Assembly: GCA_951406725.2 (NCBI GenBank)
Contig: OX597821.1
Coordinates: 100,750,001 to 100,814,000, forward strand
Direction: 5' to 3'
DNA: 64,000 nucleotides
Origin: Octopus vulgaris
Lineage: Eukaryota
Below, one piece after another: positions 1-12,234 of the stretch. How positions within the stretch are numbered: the stretch's first letter is position 1; the number at the start of each line of letters is the position of its first letter. The notes beneath the pieces are model-generated. The model worked only from the letters and a program-made list of their open reading frames with translations. It made no database searches and was not told the DNA's origin. Position numbers and translations under genes: made by a program.

Positions 1-252
1 ATGTTGAATATATATATGCATATATATCTATATGATTTACATTTGGAACTTGAGAAAGTCTTGCATTTTTTACTGCTCCACTCACAGATTGCACCTGTAA
101 TGTACAAATTAGCTGGTCGATTTCTCTTTCTGAAAATCCTAGTTTATCCCAGATTATGTATGTATGTATGTATGTATGTATGTATGTATGTATGTACGTA
201 TGTATGTATGTATGAAAACATGTACACATATTAATACATATGACTGAATTTA

Positions 253-322
<70 letters not shown>

Positions 323-427
323 AGATGAGCCAAGCCGTGATTAAGAAAAGCAAACTTGATACCAGTTGAAATATTAGAAAATTACTATTTTTAAATCTCA
401 CAACGAGAGATATTCAGCAACAGTACT

Positions 428-722
428 TTGAAGTAAAAGTTGTTTGCCAACGCAAGATGAAGGTCCTGGTTTAGGACGAATGTTGCTGTAATTTAGCCCC
501 GGAAGACATCGTCTACAGCTGGCTATACGACCTGATCTGTGTCCTTACATTTTTCGAACAAGGGGATGAGCTGGGGTGCTAGATTCTCTTGTACGAAAAA
601 TATAAGAACACAGATCATCTCGTATAGCCAGCTGGAGACGATGTCTCCTGGGGCTAAATTACACCAACATTGGTCCTAAACCAGGACTGCCATGTTACGT
701 TGGCAAACAACCTTTACTCAAG
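428..722. mobile_element. Fold-back/MITE-like element, ~140-bp imperfect inverted arms
   Basis: 428-567 (gaagtaaaagttgtttgccaacg...) is the approximate reverse complement of 584-722 (...cgttggcaaacaacctttactcaag), with a ~16-nt loop. A related fragment lies at ~7380-7420. Confidence 0.8.
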
Positions 723-871
723 TTGAAATATGTTTAAAAGATATTTGAACCAGTGAAAAGACATCTGATGTCAATTTAACATGGAGAAACGTAACACCAG
801 TCAATAATTTTGTTTTTTATAAGACAAACCCAGTTTCTTAATCAGTTTGGAGTTGCATGGCCTTGGTATCT

Positions 872-913
872 GTGCTGATGAGTAGATAATAACTTCGAAA
901 TGTATGCATCCAC
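872..913 (+). ncRNA. Minimal type I hammerhead ribozyme motif, partly degenerate
   Basis: gtg-CTGATGA-gtag ataataa cttc-GAAA-tgtatgca-TC-cac. Stem I is 3 bp, stem II has one mismatch, stem III is quasi-palindromic, and the AUC site is at 910. Confidence 0.5.
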
Positions 914-2012
914 CAGTCTGAACTGACCATGGTGTTCTTTTAATTCTATTCGGCTCCAGCGAGAATACTTCTTTTTAACAAACTGCAATGAAAAGACTTT
1001 TTTCAGATTGAAACATCTCTTAAACATATTTGAAAAGGTATCAAATTTGTGTGTGCGTAACTGTGTGTATGTGTGCATATGAGTGTGTGTATTTGTGTGT
1101 GTGTATTTGTGTGTGTGTATGTGTGGGGGTGCGAATATGTGTGCTTGCGTGCGTGAGTGTGTATGTGAATGAGAGAGAGAGAGAGTGAGTGAGAATTTTC
1201 TTTCAATAAACTAGTTATTTTTTGTAACCTCATAGATTTATAAAGACATTCTTTTAACATTTTTTGAAGATAATAATTCTCAAGGAATCTGCAAAATAGC
1301 TACACACTATAAGGAGAGAATGCATTATTACCGCAGACATTTCAGCATTATCAAGTTACTGATTTTATTAGTAGCAGATCATACGATTATGTCTCACATT
1401 TATCAAGATGAAGAGGGAGTTTCGAACGTAGAATATTTCGCAGTAGCTTGTGAGGAAAAGAGCGTAATCTTTTAACTGGTGTACTAACGCCTAAGATTAA
1501 CTATGCGGCTTTAACATAAGGAGCCGACTGGAGTGCTATAAGCTGATCTGGAGCAATATCAGGCTAATATCCTATTATTTTTATCGGTGATTATTATTTC
1601 CTTACCTGTTTCCACTTATAATTAGGTGTATTGAGTGTGTGTGTGTGCGTGTGTTTGTGTGTGTGGTAACTGTTTACGTGTATGTAGCTAGACGGATATA
1701 AAGACGGATGAATAAATAGAAGAATAGATGGGTGGTTGAATAGATGGACCGATGGATGAACGGATGAATGAATGAATAGATGGATATGTTGATGGATGGA
1801 GAGGAAGAGACAAATTGGAAAAGAAAAAAGGGAGACTAAGAGAGAGAAATGAACAGAGCAGGTAACAGCAGGGAGATGGGAGGGAGAGGGAGAGTAAGGC
1901 AACAAGGAGGAGAGAGAGAGAGAGAGAGAGAGAAAGGTGTGATAGAACGGGGGAGAAAGTGAGGACAAAATGAGTTGATTGGGCGAATTGTCAGGAAGGG
2001 GGAACAGAGAGA

Positions 2013-2240
2013 GGCACTGAAAGAAAGAAAGAGACAGAAAGAGACACACTGAAAGAGAGAGACACTGAGAGAGAAAGACACTGAGAGAGAGAGACACTGA
2101 GAGAGAAAGACACTGAGAGAGAGAGACACTGAGAGATAGAGAGAGAGACACTGAGAGAGAGAGAGAGACACTGAGAGATAGAGAGAGAGAGACTCTGAGA
2201 TAGACAGACGTACAGACAGTCAGACAGACTGACACTGAGA
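2013..2240. repeat. Compound minisatellite GACACT(GA)n
   Basis: Recurrent gacactga separated by variable (GA)n tracts. Confidence 0.9.
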
Positions 2241-2724
2241 CCCGTGTTGACTGTGTCGGTATGGTCAAATATTTGCTCGATAAAGTCCTGTGTATTGATG
2301 GTGTTTCTGGATTAGAACTAAATAGGAATTCAAACAATTGATGGGAGTTGATCCAATAAAAAGCTAAAGGAAGGAGAAGATAAGTCAATATTTAATATAA
2401 AGCGTATTATTGTAACTCTTGTGTTATAGAGTTATTATTAACGAAATAATATGTAGGCATTAACATTGTGGTTGTAACTAAAAATCAGTCGGGGTTTTAC
2501 ACCACTGCATATCACACACTCACTCAAATACACACAAAAATACAGACGTAGATATACACATGGATACATGCGTGAATATATACTTGCATAACACGCATGC
2601 ACGTATATGTACATACATATGTACATATATAACATACACGCATACCTATATATATATATATACATTCTTATACATGTTTATAAGGGTTATATCACAAACT
2701 TATCTCTCTCCTCTCTCTCTCACA

Positions 2725-2786
<62 letters not shown>

Positions 2787-2787
<1 letters not shown>

Positions 2788-3190
2788 TTACTCTTTTACT
2801 CTTTTACTTGTTTCAGTCATTTGACTGTTGCCATGCTGGGGCACCGCCTTTAGTCGAGCACATCGGCCCCAGGACTTATTCTTTGTAAGCCTAGTACTTA
2901 TTCTATCAGTCTCTTTTGCCGAACAACTAAGTTACGGGAACGTAAACACACCAGCATCGGTTGTCAAACGATGTTGGGGGGAGAAACAAAGACACACAAA
3001 CATATGCACACCCACATATATATATATATATACGACGGGCTTCTTTCAGTTTCCGTCTACCAAAACCACTCACAAGGCTTTGGTTAGCCCGGAGCTATAA
3101 TAGAAGACACTTTTCCAAGGTGCCACGCAGTGGGACTGAACCCGTTCCAATGCAGATCGTAAGCAAGCTACTTACCACACAGACTCTCCT
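2787..3190 (-). mobile_element. tRNA-derived SINE, family A
   Basis: Reverse complement of the 61308-61747 exemplar, including the (AAAAGAGT)n tail and internal microsatellite. Confidence 0.9.
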
Positions 3191-3774
3191 ATATATATAT
3201 ATATATATATATATATAGGAAAATTAGAAGTTGAAAATGCACTGGAAATAGTTAAAATATCTTTTTATTATTATATTTAAAGATTTAACCGGTTTCATAG
3301 TTTATACTAATTTTCAAAAAGTTCAAATAGAAAAAAAGTGGCTTATATTGCAGCTGTTTTGCTTCCGACTAGTGTCTGAAGCTTGCACTATTTTTCATAG
3401 CTCAAATTAGTATATCTTTTGAATATGACTTGATTGGTTGAGGATAGTCACATGACTGGTCTTAGAAATTTTTTTCTGTTCCACGCTACGACAGTGTGTT
3501 GGTATCAAGTGACAATGCTTGGCGTCGTAAGTTAAGGCTGACGCGGTTGATTGAACATGTCTAATGACAGTACCAAATAATCAATGCTCTGAATGTTTTC
3601 TGTCAAGTGTTTGTAAAGAATGAACACGTGATTATGTTCAGAACCTTTAGTACGTTTCCCACTACGTCCGTGCGTTAGTGTCACGTGACAGTATATTTTG
3701 CGCCTAAAATGAAAGCCGACACGGTTGAGCGAACATGTCTATTATAATAAAGACAGCCTAAATTTAATCTGCCA

Positions 3775-3993
3775 GATGGGAGAATAGACAGGAGTCGTTT
3801 GCATGTAATCCAGTGGCTAAAGTTTAGGTTGTTAACTGTGTAGACTGTGTAGATTCCTCATGTTAAGTGGCAGAATGAGTTGTATGTGTGAATAGTTATA
3901 TGTGTATGCACTCTGTTAAAGTTTGTTAAGACTAACAACCTAAGCTTTAGCCAATGGACTACATACAAGCGACTCCTGTCCACTCTCCCAATC
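3775..3993. repeat. Inverted repeat, ~60-bp arms, ~97-bp spacer
   Basis: gatgggagaatagacaggagtcg...ggttgttaa (3775-3835) versus taacaacc...cgactcctgtccactctcccaatc (3933-3993). Confidence 0.8.
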
Positions 3994-4618
3994 ACATGCA
4001 ATAGACTGATGTTATATTTAAGGAAGGATTTGTCCGTTTTAGTCAAGTAAAATTGCAGATCCGCTAGTCATCGATAGAGAATTTTCAGAAGCCTACGATC
4101 TGCCATGTATAGCAACCGAATTTCCGTCATTCCTTCTTATCTAAATAAGAAGATTGCTACAGTCTCTTTTCGAGATAACAACTAGAGATCGGTGACGTCA
4201 AATGTCACATGATACGCTGTTTCTCGTCTTTTGCTTTTCCAACTATTTCCAGAGCATTTAGGATGTGGATGATGCCTATTCTTTACTTGAGACTTTAAGA
4301 ATAACTGCTTTTACCTTAAGAATAGAAAGTCCTCGTTGTAATGGTTTTAATGCTAGCAACAGTACAAGACCAAACCGGGAATTGTATAGGCTTCTGTTAA
4401 TATTACTTCTTTCAATTTTTTAAAAAAATTATTTCAGTATGGCTGCCAGGCAATCTACGAACACATTTACCTTAAGAAACTGTAAATACTCACCAGCGTT
4501 GGTATTAGTCGACCACCTTGAAATAAATGTGTGAGTTTGAGAGTGAGTGAATGTGTGCGTGCATGTGTGTGTGTATATGTATATATGCATGATACATACA
4601 CATACACACACACGTATT

Positions 4619-4654
<36 letters not shown>

Positions 4655-4658
4655 CATA

Positions 4659-4736
<78 letters not shown>

Positions 4737-5192
4737 CATACATACATACATACATACATACACATATGTATGCGTGTTTCTATGCATGCATGTATACCTA
4801 TATGCATACAAGCATTCGGTTATATTTCACATATATCCTATATACACAGCACTGAAAAGAAAAAGTTAGTAAACGCAACTGAATTCGCCATATTTTTAAC
4901 GAATTCAAATAAACATCAGTTTGCAATTTAGTTTAATGGCATGTGAGATAAGAAGCATGTTCTATGCATCTATAAATTCCTGTTGTCTTGGTATCACAGT
5001 GACAGCAGTAAGCAAATTCTAGTGAAGATTCTTTAAGGAATATATTATTGAAGTTTGCCCTGAAATGCAGACAAAATTGTATCTACGCGCTAAATTGTTT
5101 AGAAATTAAGATTTACGCTCACATTTCATTTCACAGCAGGAGTATTTTTTTTGAAAGAAAAACACATAAGTTAATACCATTGGATACACATA

Positions 5193-5263
<71 letters not shown>

Positions 5264-5403
5264 CGTGTTATACACGCACGCTCATACATATATTATGCAC
5301 TGTCAAGAAGACAGTGATAGACAGATATATATATATAAACATACATACATATGTACATTTATACATACATACACATACAAACACTACATTGAAAACAGAC
5401 AAT

Positions 5404-5464
<61 letters not shown>

Positions 5465-5533
5465 AATACAGTGTTTGCAGTCCATTCAGCTGTATACGTG
5501 GCAGTTTGTGCATACGAGCTTGCGTCGGTGTGC

Positions 5534-5591
<58 letters not shown>

Positions 5592-6233
5592 ATATGTATG
5601 TATGTATGTGTGTATGTGTGTATGTATGTATGTATGTATGTATGTATGTATGCGTCTGTATTTGCATGTACGTGTGTGTATATGCTATGCATGGATGTGT
5701 GTATGTTTGTACGTGAGTGTATTACTTTCATATGCTAATTCCAGTTCCTTCAAGCATTCTCGAACCAATTTTGTGCTGGTATTATGTGTTATGATTGCAA
5801 GCCAGTATACCATATATAGATTTTTGCCGGTTTTTTTGTTGTTTGTTTTTCAACGTTTGTTTTTAAATACACTACATACTGAAAACAAACGGTTACCATT
5901 CAGAAATAGAATATAATCCTAAAGAATTGAAGGAAACATATCTTAACGTCTTAAGACTATAAATAGCACCGTAATATTTCATAATACGAATTAATATTCC
6001 TATAGATATACATGGCTAAGTGCATGCGTACATGGTTTTTTGTATGAATTTGTTTCTTCAGCGTGTGTATGTGTACGCGTGCATATATATGCGTTTGTGT
6101 GTGTGTCTGTGTGTGTATCTTTATATATATATATATAGTGCATATAGTATAAATATATATATATATAGTATATATATAATATATGTATAATATAAATATA
6201 TAATATATAACATATATATACTATATATATATA

Positions 6234-6287
<54 letters not shown>

Positions 6288-6386
6288 TATATTGATAGAT
6301 AGAGACACACAGAGAGAGAATGTGTGATGTAGATAGATGGATATAGAGACCGACCGACAGATAGACAGGCAGATAGGCATGCAAGC

Positions 6387-6474
<88 letters not shown>

Positions 6475-6753
6475 TGATAAATAGATACATACATACATAC
6501 ATACATACATACATACATACATACATACATACATACATACATAAAATAAACACGTAAGAAGGAAATAGAGTAGAATTTCGTCTGGTCGATTCAAGTATTA
6601 TCCACGAAAATACTCAAGTAGATATTAAATGAAACTGATACGAGCTATGTCTGTGTGAAATCGATAAGTGGAAAGATCAAACTTAAGTACACTACATGAA
6701 GCAAATACGTAAGAAAAAATAACACCAAATATATCTCTTTATATATATATATA

Positions 6754-6925
6754 CATGGCTTAGTGGTTAGGGTGTTGGATTCATGATCGTAAGATCGCTG
6801 TTTCCTTTCCTGGAGCGGACGGTGCGTTGTGTTCGTGAGAAAAACACTTCATTTCATAATGATCCAGTCCACTCAGCCGGTAAAAATGAGAAACCCTGCG
6901 ACGAGGAGGAATGTATGCGCCCGAG
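6754..6925 (+). mobile_element. tRNA-derived SINE, family C, degenerate and truncated
   Basis: A-box tggcttagtggttag and central ...ccagtccactcagccggtaaaaatgag shared with 35808-36124. Confidence 0.75.
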
Positions 6926-7137
6926 TGTCCTATAATCATTACAGAGCAATGTAAACGAAGAATATAATACAAAAACATCTTTATAAATATATATATACAC
7001 ATACACGCATACACACACAGACACGTGTGTCTGTGTGTGCGTAAGTAGATATATATATATATTATAAATGGTAAAAATCATTAATGATTTTACCAAGGAG
7101 TCAGTGCGGAAATAAAAACCTTATAGGGAATTTTACA

Positions 7138-7298
7138 AATATTATAATAATTATATACATAATTATAACAAGGGGTCGTCTATAAGCTTCTCCACGCGCT
7201 AGAAATTGTATCAGCGTCTTTTCGCGTCTATTTCTAGCGCGTGGAGAGTCTTAGAGCTAATCCTATGTTATGATTATTTATATAATTATTATAATATT
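7138..7298. mobile_element. Small hairpin MITE-like element
   Basis: aatattataataattatata...tctccacgcgctagaaat versus atttctagcgcgtggaga...tatataattattataatatt; AT-rich termini. Confidence 0.7.
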
Positions 7299-7487
7299 AT
7301 AGATCTCTGAGCGAGGTATAAACAGTAGCTACACGACATCGTGAAATATATTTGCCACCTAAATGTGGGTTGATGCCACTGTAGCCCCAGGAAGACATCT
7401 CCTCCAGCTAGCTATTGACACACTTTATGCGTCCTATCAGTATTTGCAAAGTGTAGTCATCTTTCCCATCTCCAGCCTGACGTGATA

Positions 7488-7532
7488 CACACAGACCCGA
7501 GTTTCTGGGAATTGACCCGTCATCAGCGTGTG
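7488..7532 (-). ncRNA. Minimal type I hammerhead ribozyme motif
   Basis: Minus strand reads cacacg-CTGATGA-cggg tcaatt ccca-GAAA-ctcggg-TC-tgtgtg. Stem I is 6 bp, the site is GUC, and the first stem II pair is mismatched. Confidence 0.7.
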
Positions 7533-8363
7533 ACAACTACCGTTTGGCGATGGGTAATGGTTTTCAATGCAAATATATATATACTTTTACCAGTGATGAA
7601 AAGTCACTGATCTCGAAAAAGAGATGACAGAGGAATAAACGATTATCATATGAACTTCATTACCTCCGTGACAGAAACATTTTCTTATATATATATATAT
7701 ATGTGTGTATATATATATATAACTTGGAAATGGATGCGTTGCGTTCGATCATATAATAATATAAATAATGTACAAATATATGCATATATACATACATATA
7801 TGTACATACGTTTTTGATGTCCTGTACCCATATATGCATGTATATATACATATATATGTAGGTATGTACATATATGTATGTATATATGCATATATTTATA
7901 TATTAGTTATATTATTATATATGTATATATGCACATACATATATATATATACAGATACACATACATATATATACACACACATACACACATGCATACATAC
8001 ATGTGTGTGTGTGTTTGTGTGTAAATTTAAATCACAATATATGGGTTCAACTAATCCAGTGGTAATCATAATGTTTCATTCTACAAATCCTATGCAATAT
8101 ATAGTACAGTATAAGAGAAAAACATAAGGAGTGTATAAAGTTATAGATAACGAGAGAAATATACTATGATAAAATTTATTTAACCATTGGAATTTCTTAT
8201 TTAACGACAAGTGTTTCGCATGTTAATAAAATATGTATAGATACTATATTTTATTATATTTTATAATAAGCAATAAATTACTTGCATATCTGCATTAATA
8301 TAAACAATATTTAAATTAATGTAGATATTAAGCTAACTTTTCAGGTTAAAAGAAATCCATGTT

Positions 8364-8712
8364 AAAAACAAGAACACTCAAGGAGCGCGAACCTCCGCCA
8401 AGGCAACACCAATGTACTCTCAACGATTATCCAGAGATGATTTTTAAAATGAGAATATCTGAAATAAACTCAACTGCTCTCACAAACGAGAATATTAAAA
8501 ACGAGCCTGACTGCTCTCAAAAATTAAGTAAAAAGAAAAACGGAATAGTAATCCAGAATCCTTGTCTGGTACCTGATCGATCCTAAGGGTAGTCATGGAG
8601 TGTGAAGGTGGCTGTAGAAAATTTAGTAACAGTAATAAATAGTCTATCCTTATCTAATACAAGCCAAAGTTAAGAAATTTACCATTCAAAATAGTTTCAA
8701 AGGCGGAGGTAA
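8364..8712. mobile_element. Non-autonomous Helentron-type (HINE/DINE-1-like) element
   Basis: Asymmetric subterminal inverted repeats acctccgcc (8391-8399) / ggcggaggt (8702-8710), a short hairpin near the left end and A-run termini. Internal atccagaatccttgtctggtacctgatcgatcc is shared with 9101-9133. Confidence 0.6.
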
Positions 8713-9094
8713 TAATAAGTTATATTCAGGAATTTTTATATGAATAGCATGAGACCATTTGGTTTTTTCCTCTCTTAAATTCCGGCCTTCCTTTCGTATT
8801 CCTGTTTTTTTAGATCGATGTATAGATCGGAGTATACTGTAAAGGGTTCATATGTATGCATAGTATATAATATATATATTATAAAAATATGTTAGTGTTA
8901 TTTAATTTCTGAACGGTTTTGCTACCGTTTATGTAGTTTGATTTCTTTATCCTTCAGTTCCTGCTAAGATAAAGACGCGAGTAAAATTAATAATAGAGGA
9001 TTGGAAATAAAACTTCGGAAACAGCCTAAAGGGAGACAATTGAGAACGACTTGAAAGTGAACGTAAGATCGTAATCACGTAAAGTAAATACATC

Positions 9095-9285
9095 AAATAA
9101 TCTAGAATCCTTGTCCGGTACCGGATCGATCCCAAAATCTAACCAGCTCGTGCCAGTCACGTGGTCAAACATCCCTAAAAGTTTCATCTGAATCCATACA
9201 GCGGTTCTTGAAATATCTTGTCCACTGACAAACAAAGAAACAAACACGGCTGAGAATAACAACACCTTCGCTAAGCCGGAAGTAA
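9095..9285. mobile_element. Second, degenerate Helentron-type element, partial
   Basis: Shares the internal motif with 8551-8583, then an (ACAA)n tract and the terminal hairpin accttcgctaagccggaagt. Confidence 0.55.
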
Positions 9286-9483
9286 TAATTCCTCGACATA
9301 ACGTTTCAAGGATTTTTATTAACCCGAAGAGCTAACTTAATGTCTACATTGATTTAAAGATTGTTTATTTCACTGTAGACATGTAAGCAATTTATAACTT
9401 ATTATAAGGTATAATGAAATAAATTATCAATGCAAGTCTTATTAAGGTAAATAAGAAATATATATATATATATATATATATAT

Positions 9484-10067
9484 GCGCAGGAGTAGATGTG
9501 TGGTAAGAAACTTGCTTCCCAACCACATGGTTCCGAGTTCAGTCCCACTGCGTGGCACCTTGGGCAAATGTCTTCTACTATAGCCTCGGGCCGACAAAAT
9601 CCTTGTGAGTGGATTTGGTAGACGGAAACTGAAAGAAACCCGTCGTGTATATATAACTGAAAGAAGCCCGTCGTATATATGTATATATATGTGTTTGTGT
9701 GTCTGTGTTTGTAACTTAGCGGTTCGGCAAAAGAGACCGATAGAATAAGTATTAGGTTTACAAAGAATAAGTCCTGGGATCGATTTGCTCGACTAAAAGG
9801 CGGTGCTCCAGCATGGCCGCAGTCAAATAACTGAAATAAGTAAAAGAGTAAAAGAGTATACATGTATGTATAATGTATGTGTCTGTGTTTGTCCCCCCAC
9901 AATCGCTTGACAACCGATGTTGGTGTGTTTACGTCCACGCCAAAAAAGAGATCGATATAATAAGTACTAGGCTTACAAATGTTAAGTCCTAGGGTCGATT
10001 TATTCGACTAAAGGCGGTGCTTCAGCATGGCCGCAGTCAAGTGATTGAAGCAAGTAAAAGAATAAAA

Positions 10068-10070
<3 letters not shown>
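9484..10070 (+). mobile_element. SINE family A plus an additional 3' half in tandem
   Basis: Head gcgcaggagtagatgtgtggtaag...gagttcagtccc, tail at ~9857; second 3' module at 9878-10070. Confidence 0.9.
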
Positions 10071-10142
<72 letters not shown>

Positions 10143-10372
10143 CACATATATATACATATATATTGGTGGCAAAAGAATTCTACAAAATTTTTTTGCCACC
10201 CTATATTGATTAATTATGAATTTTCTGGTTAATTCCGTAATGGAATCGGCGGCTTATATTTATTTGCTGCCGATAAATTTGGCGCGAGTGCGACGATTTG
10301 AAAATTTTAGGTCAGGTATTGACGAGGTAGCAACGAGAATGCCTCGTGAAAAATATCTGTTCCGGCTTGGCT

Positions 10373-10479
10373 ATTTCTTACTGATGAATCTAAGGGCCTA
10401 TGGTAGATTGGCTTGATTTAATTTAATCAGGTTAGTTTTCCATTAAACAGTAGATGAAACGGTGCATCGTCTAAGAAAT
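10373..10479 (+). ncRNA. Type I hammerhead ribozyme, copy 1 (predicted cleavage after C10471)
   Basis: atttctta-CTGATGA-atcta...tagat-GAAA-cggtgcatcg-TC-taagaaat. Stem I is a perfect 8 bp, the core is intact, the triplet is GUC and stem III is near-palindromic. Confidence 0.9.
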
Positions 10480-10863
10480 TACAGGGTAAATGTTTTTTAA
10501 TTTTCTCCTGGTTTACGGAATTGACGTTATTTTGCGGTTAAAGCTTTTGGCTGTTATTTCTAGTGGGTGAATGGCCTATTATGGCCGTTCCTTGATTGTG
10601 ATGTTGAACTTAAAAATGGTTTATGACTATTTAATTTTTTTCCCACTAGGCCGCTGGTGGCAAAAGAATTCTACAAAATTTTTTTGCCACCCTATATTGA
10701 TTAATTATGAATTTTCTGGTTAATTCCGTAATGGAATCGGCGGCTTATATTTATTTGCTGCCGATAAATTTGGCGCGAGTGCGACGATTTGAAAATTTTA
10801 GGTCAGATATTGACGAGGTAGCAACGAGAATGCCTCGTGAAAAATATCTGTTCCGGCTTGGCT

Positions 10864-10970
10864 ATTTCTTACTGATGAATCTAAGGGCCTATGGTAGATT
10901 GGCTTGATTTAATTTAATCAGGTTAGTTTTCCATTAAACAGTAGATGAAACGGTGCATCGTCTAAGAAAT
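10864..10970 (+). ncRNA. Type I hammerhead ribozyme, copy 2 (predicted cleavage after C10962)
   Basis: Identical to copy 1, offset by 491 bp. Confidence 0.9.
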
Positions 10971-11413
10971 TACAGGGTAAATGTTTTTTAATTTTCTCCT
11001 GGTTTACGGAATTGACGTTATTTTGCGGTTAAAGCTTTTGGCTGTTATTTCTAGTGGGTGAATGGCCTATTATGGCCGTTCCTTGATTGTGATGTTGAAC
11101 TTAAAAATGGTTTATGACTATTTAATTTTTTCCCACTAGGCCGCTGGTGGCAAAAGAATTCTACAAAATTTTTTGCCACCCTATATTGATAGAGAGAAAA
11201 AGAAAAGAGAAAGAGAAAAAAGGTAAGAACGGAATTGAAGCGGTTAAAGCTTTTGGCTGTTATTTTAGTGGGTGAATGGCCTTATTATTATTTATTATAT
11301 ATATTTGAATTAAAAAAAGAGAAAAAAAAAAGAAAAAAAAAAAAATTAGAATAAAAAGAAAAAATAAAGGAAAAGGAAGAGGGAGAGAAAAGAGAAGAAT
11401 TGAGAGGAGCAAC

Positions 11414-11876
<463 letters not shown>

Positions 11877-12161
11877 TTCAGTGATAGTTGCTTAAGAAGT
11901 TTGCTTCCCAACCACATGGCTATAATCATCTCATCATTTTTATAAGCACAAAGAAATTTGATAAACGTTAAATCCAAATTAGGCTAAGTTCACCATGTTT
12001 ATGTGGTTTTATTAATGATGGCAAAAATATACTTTCAAAGTTATTCCTTATGTAACGGGTAACACTTTAAAAATATTCACTATTAGTCGATCTCGAAGCA
12101 TATAAAGTTATAAATAATAGCATGTAAATATTGAGCAAAAAAAACCTTTATGATAGAAATA

Positions 12162-12234
12162 GTCGAATAGTGGAACTCGAACCCACATCTCCCATAGATA
12201 TAAGGCGCGTTCTATCTATGGACCAAAGCAATCC
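12162..12234 (-). pseudogene. Degenerate tRNA-like sequence or SINE head
   Basis: Minus strand ggattgctttggtccatagatagaacgcgcc...ggagatgtgggttcgagttccac has A-box-like and B-box-like motifs, but no clean cloverleaf. A diverged copy lies near 13305-13372. Confidence 0.35.

Larger units (their letters stand above)
10164..11283 (+). mobile_element. 491-bp tandem repeat with one hammerhead per complete unit (retrozyme-like or tandem Penelope pLTR)
   Basis: Units start at 10164, 10655 and 11145 (partial), with a further fragment at 11239-11283. Units 1 and 2 differ by about one substitution and one T. Flanked by (TA)n. Confidence 0.85.

Noticed and set aside
3283-3322. Minus-strand HHR-like remnant (TTGAAAA-tagt..acta-GAAA-ccgg-TT)
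   Set aside because: The core has several substitutions and is too degenerate to call.
10216-10907. Duplicated 66-aa ORF ([14 protein letters not shown]...)
   Set aside because: No recognisable domain; it overlaps the ribozyme and is repeated only because of the tandem duplication.
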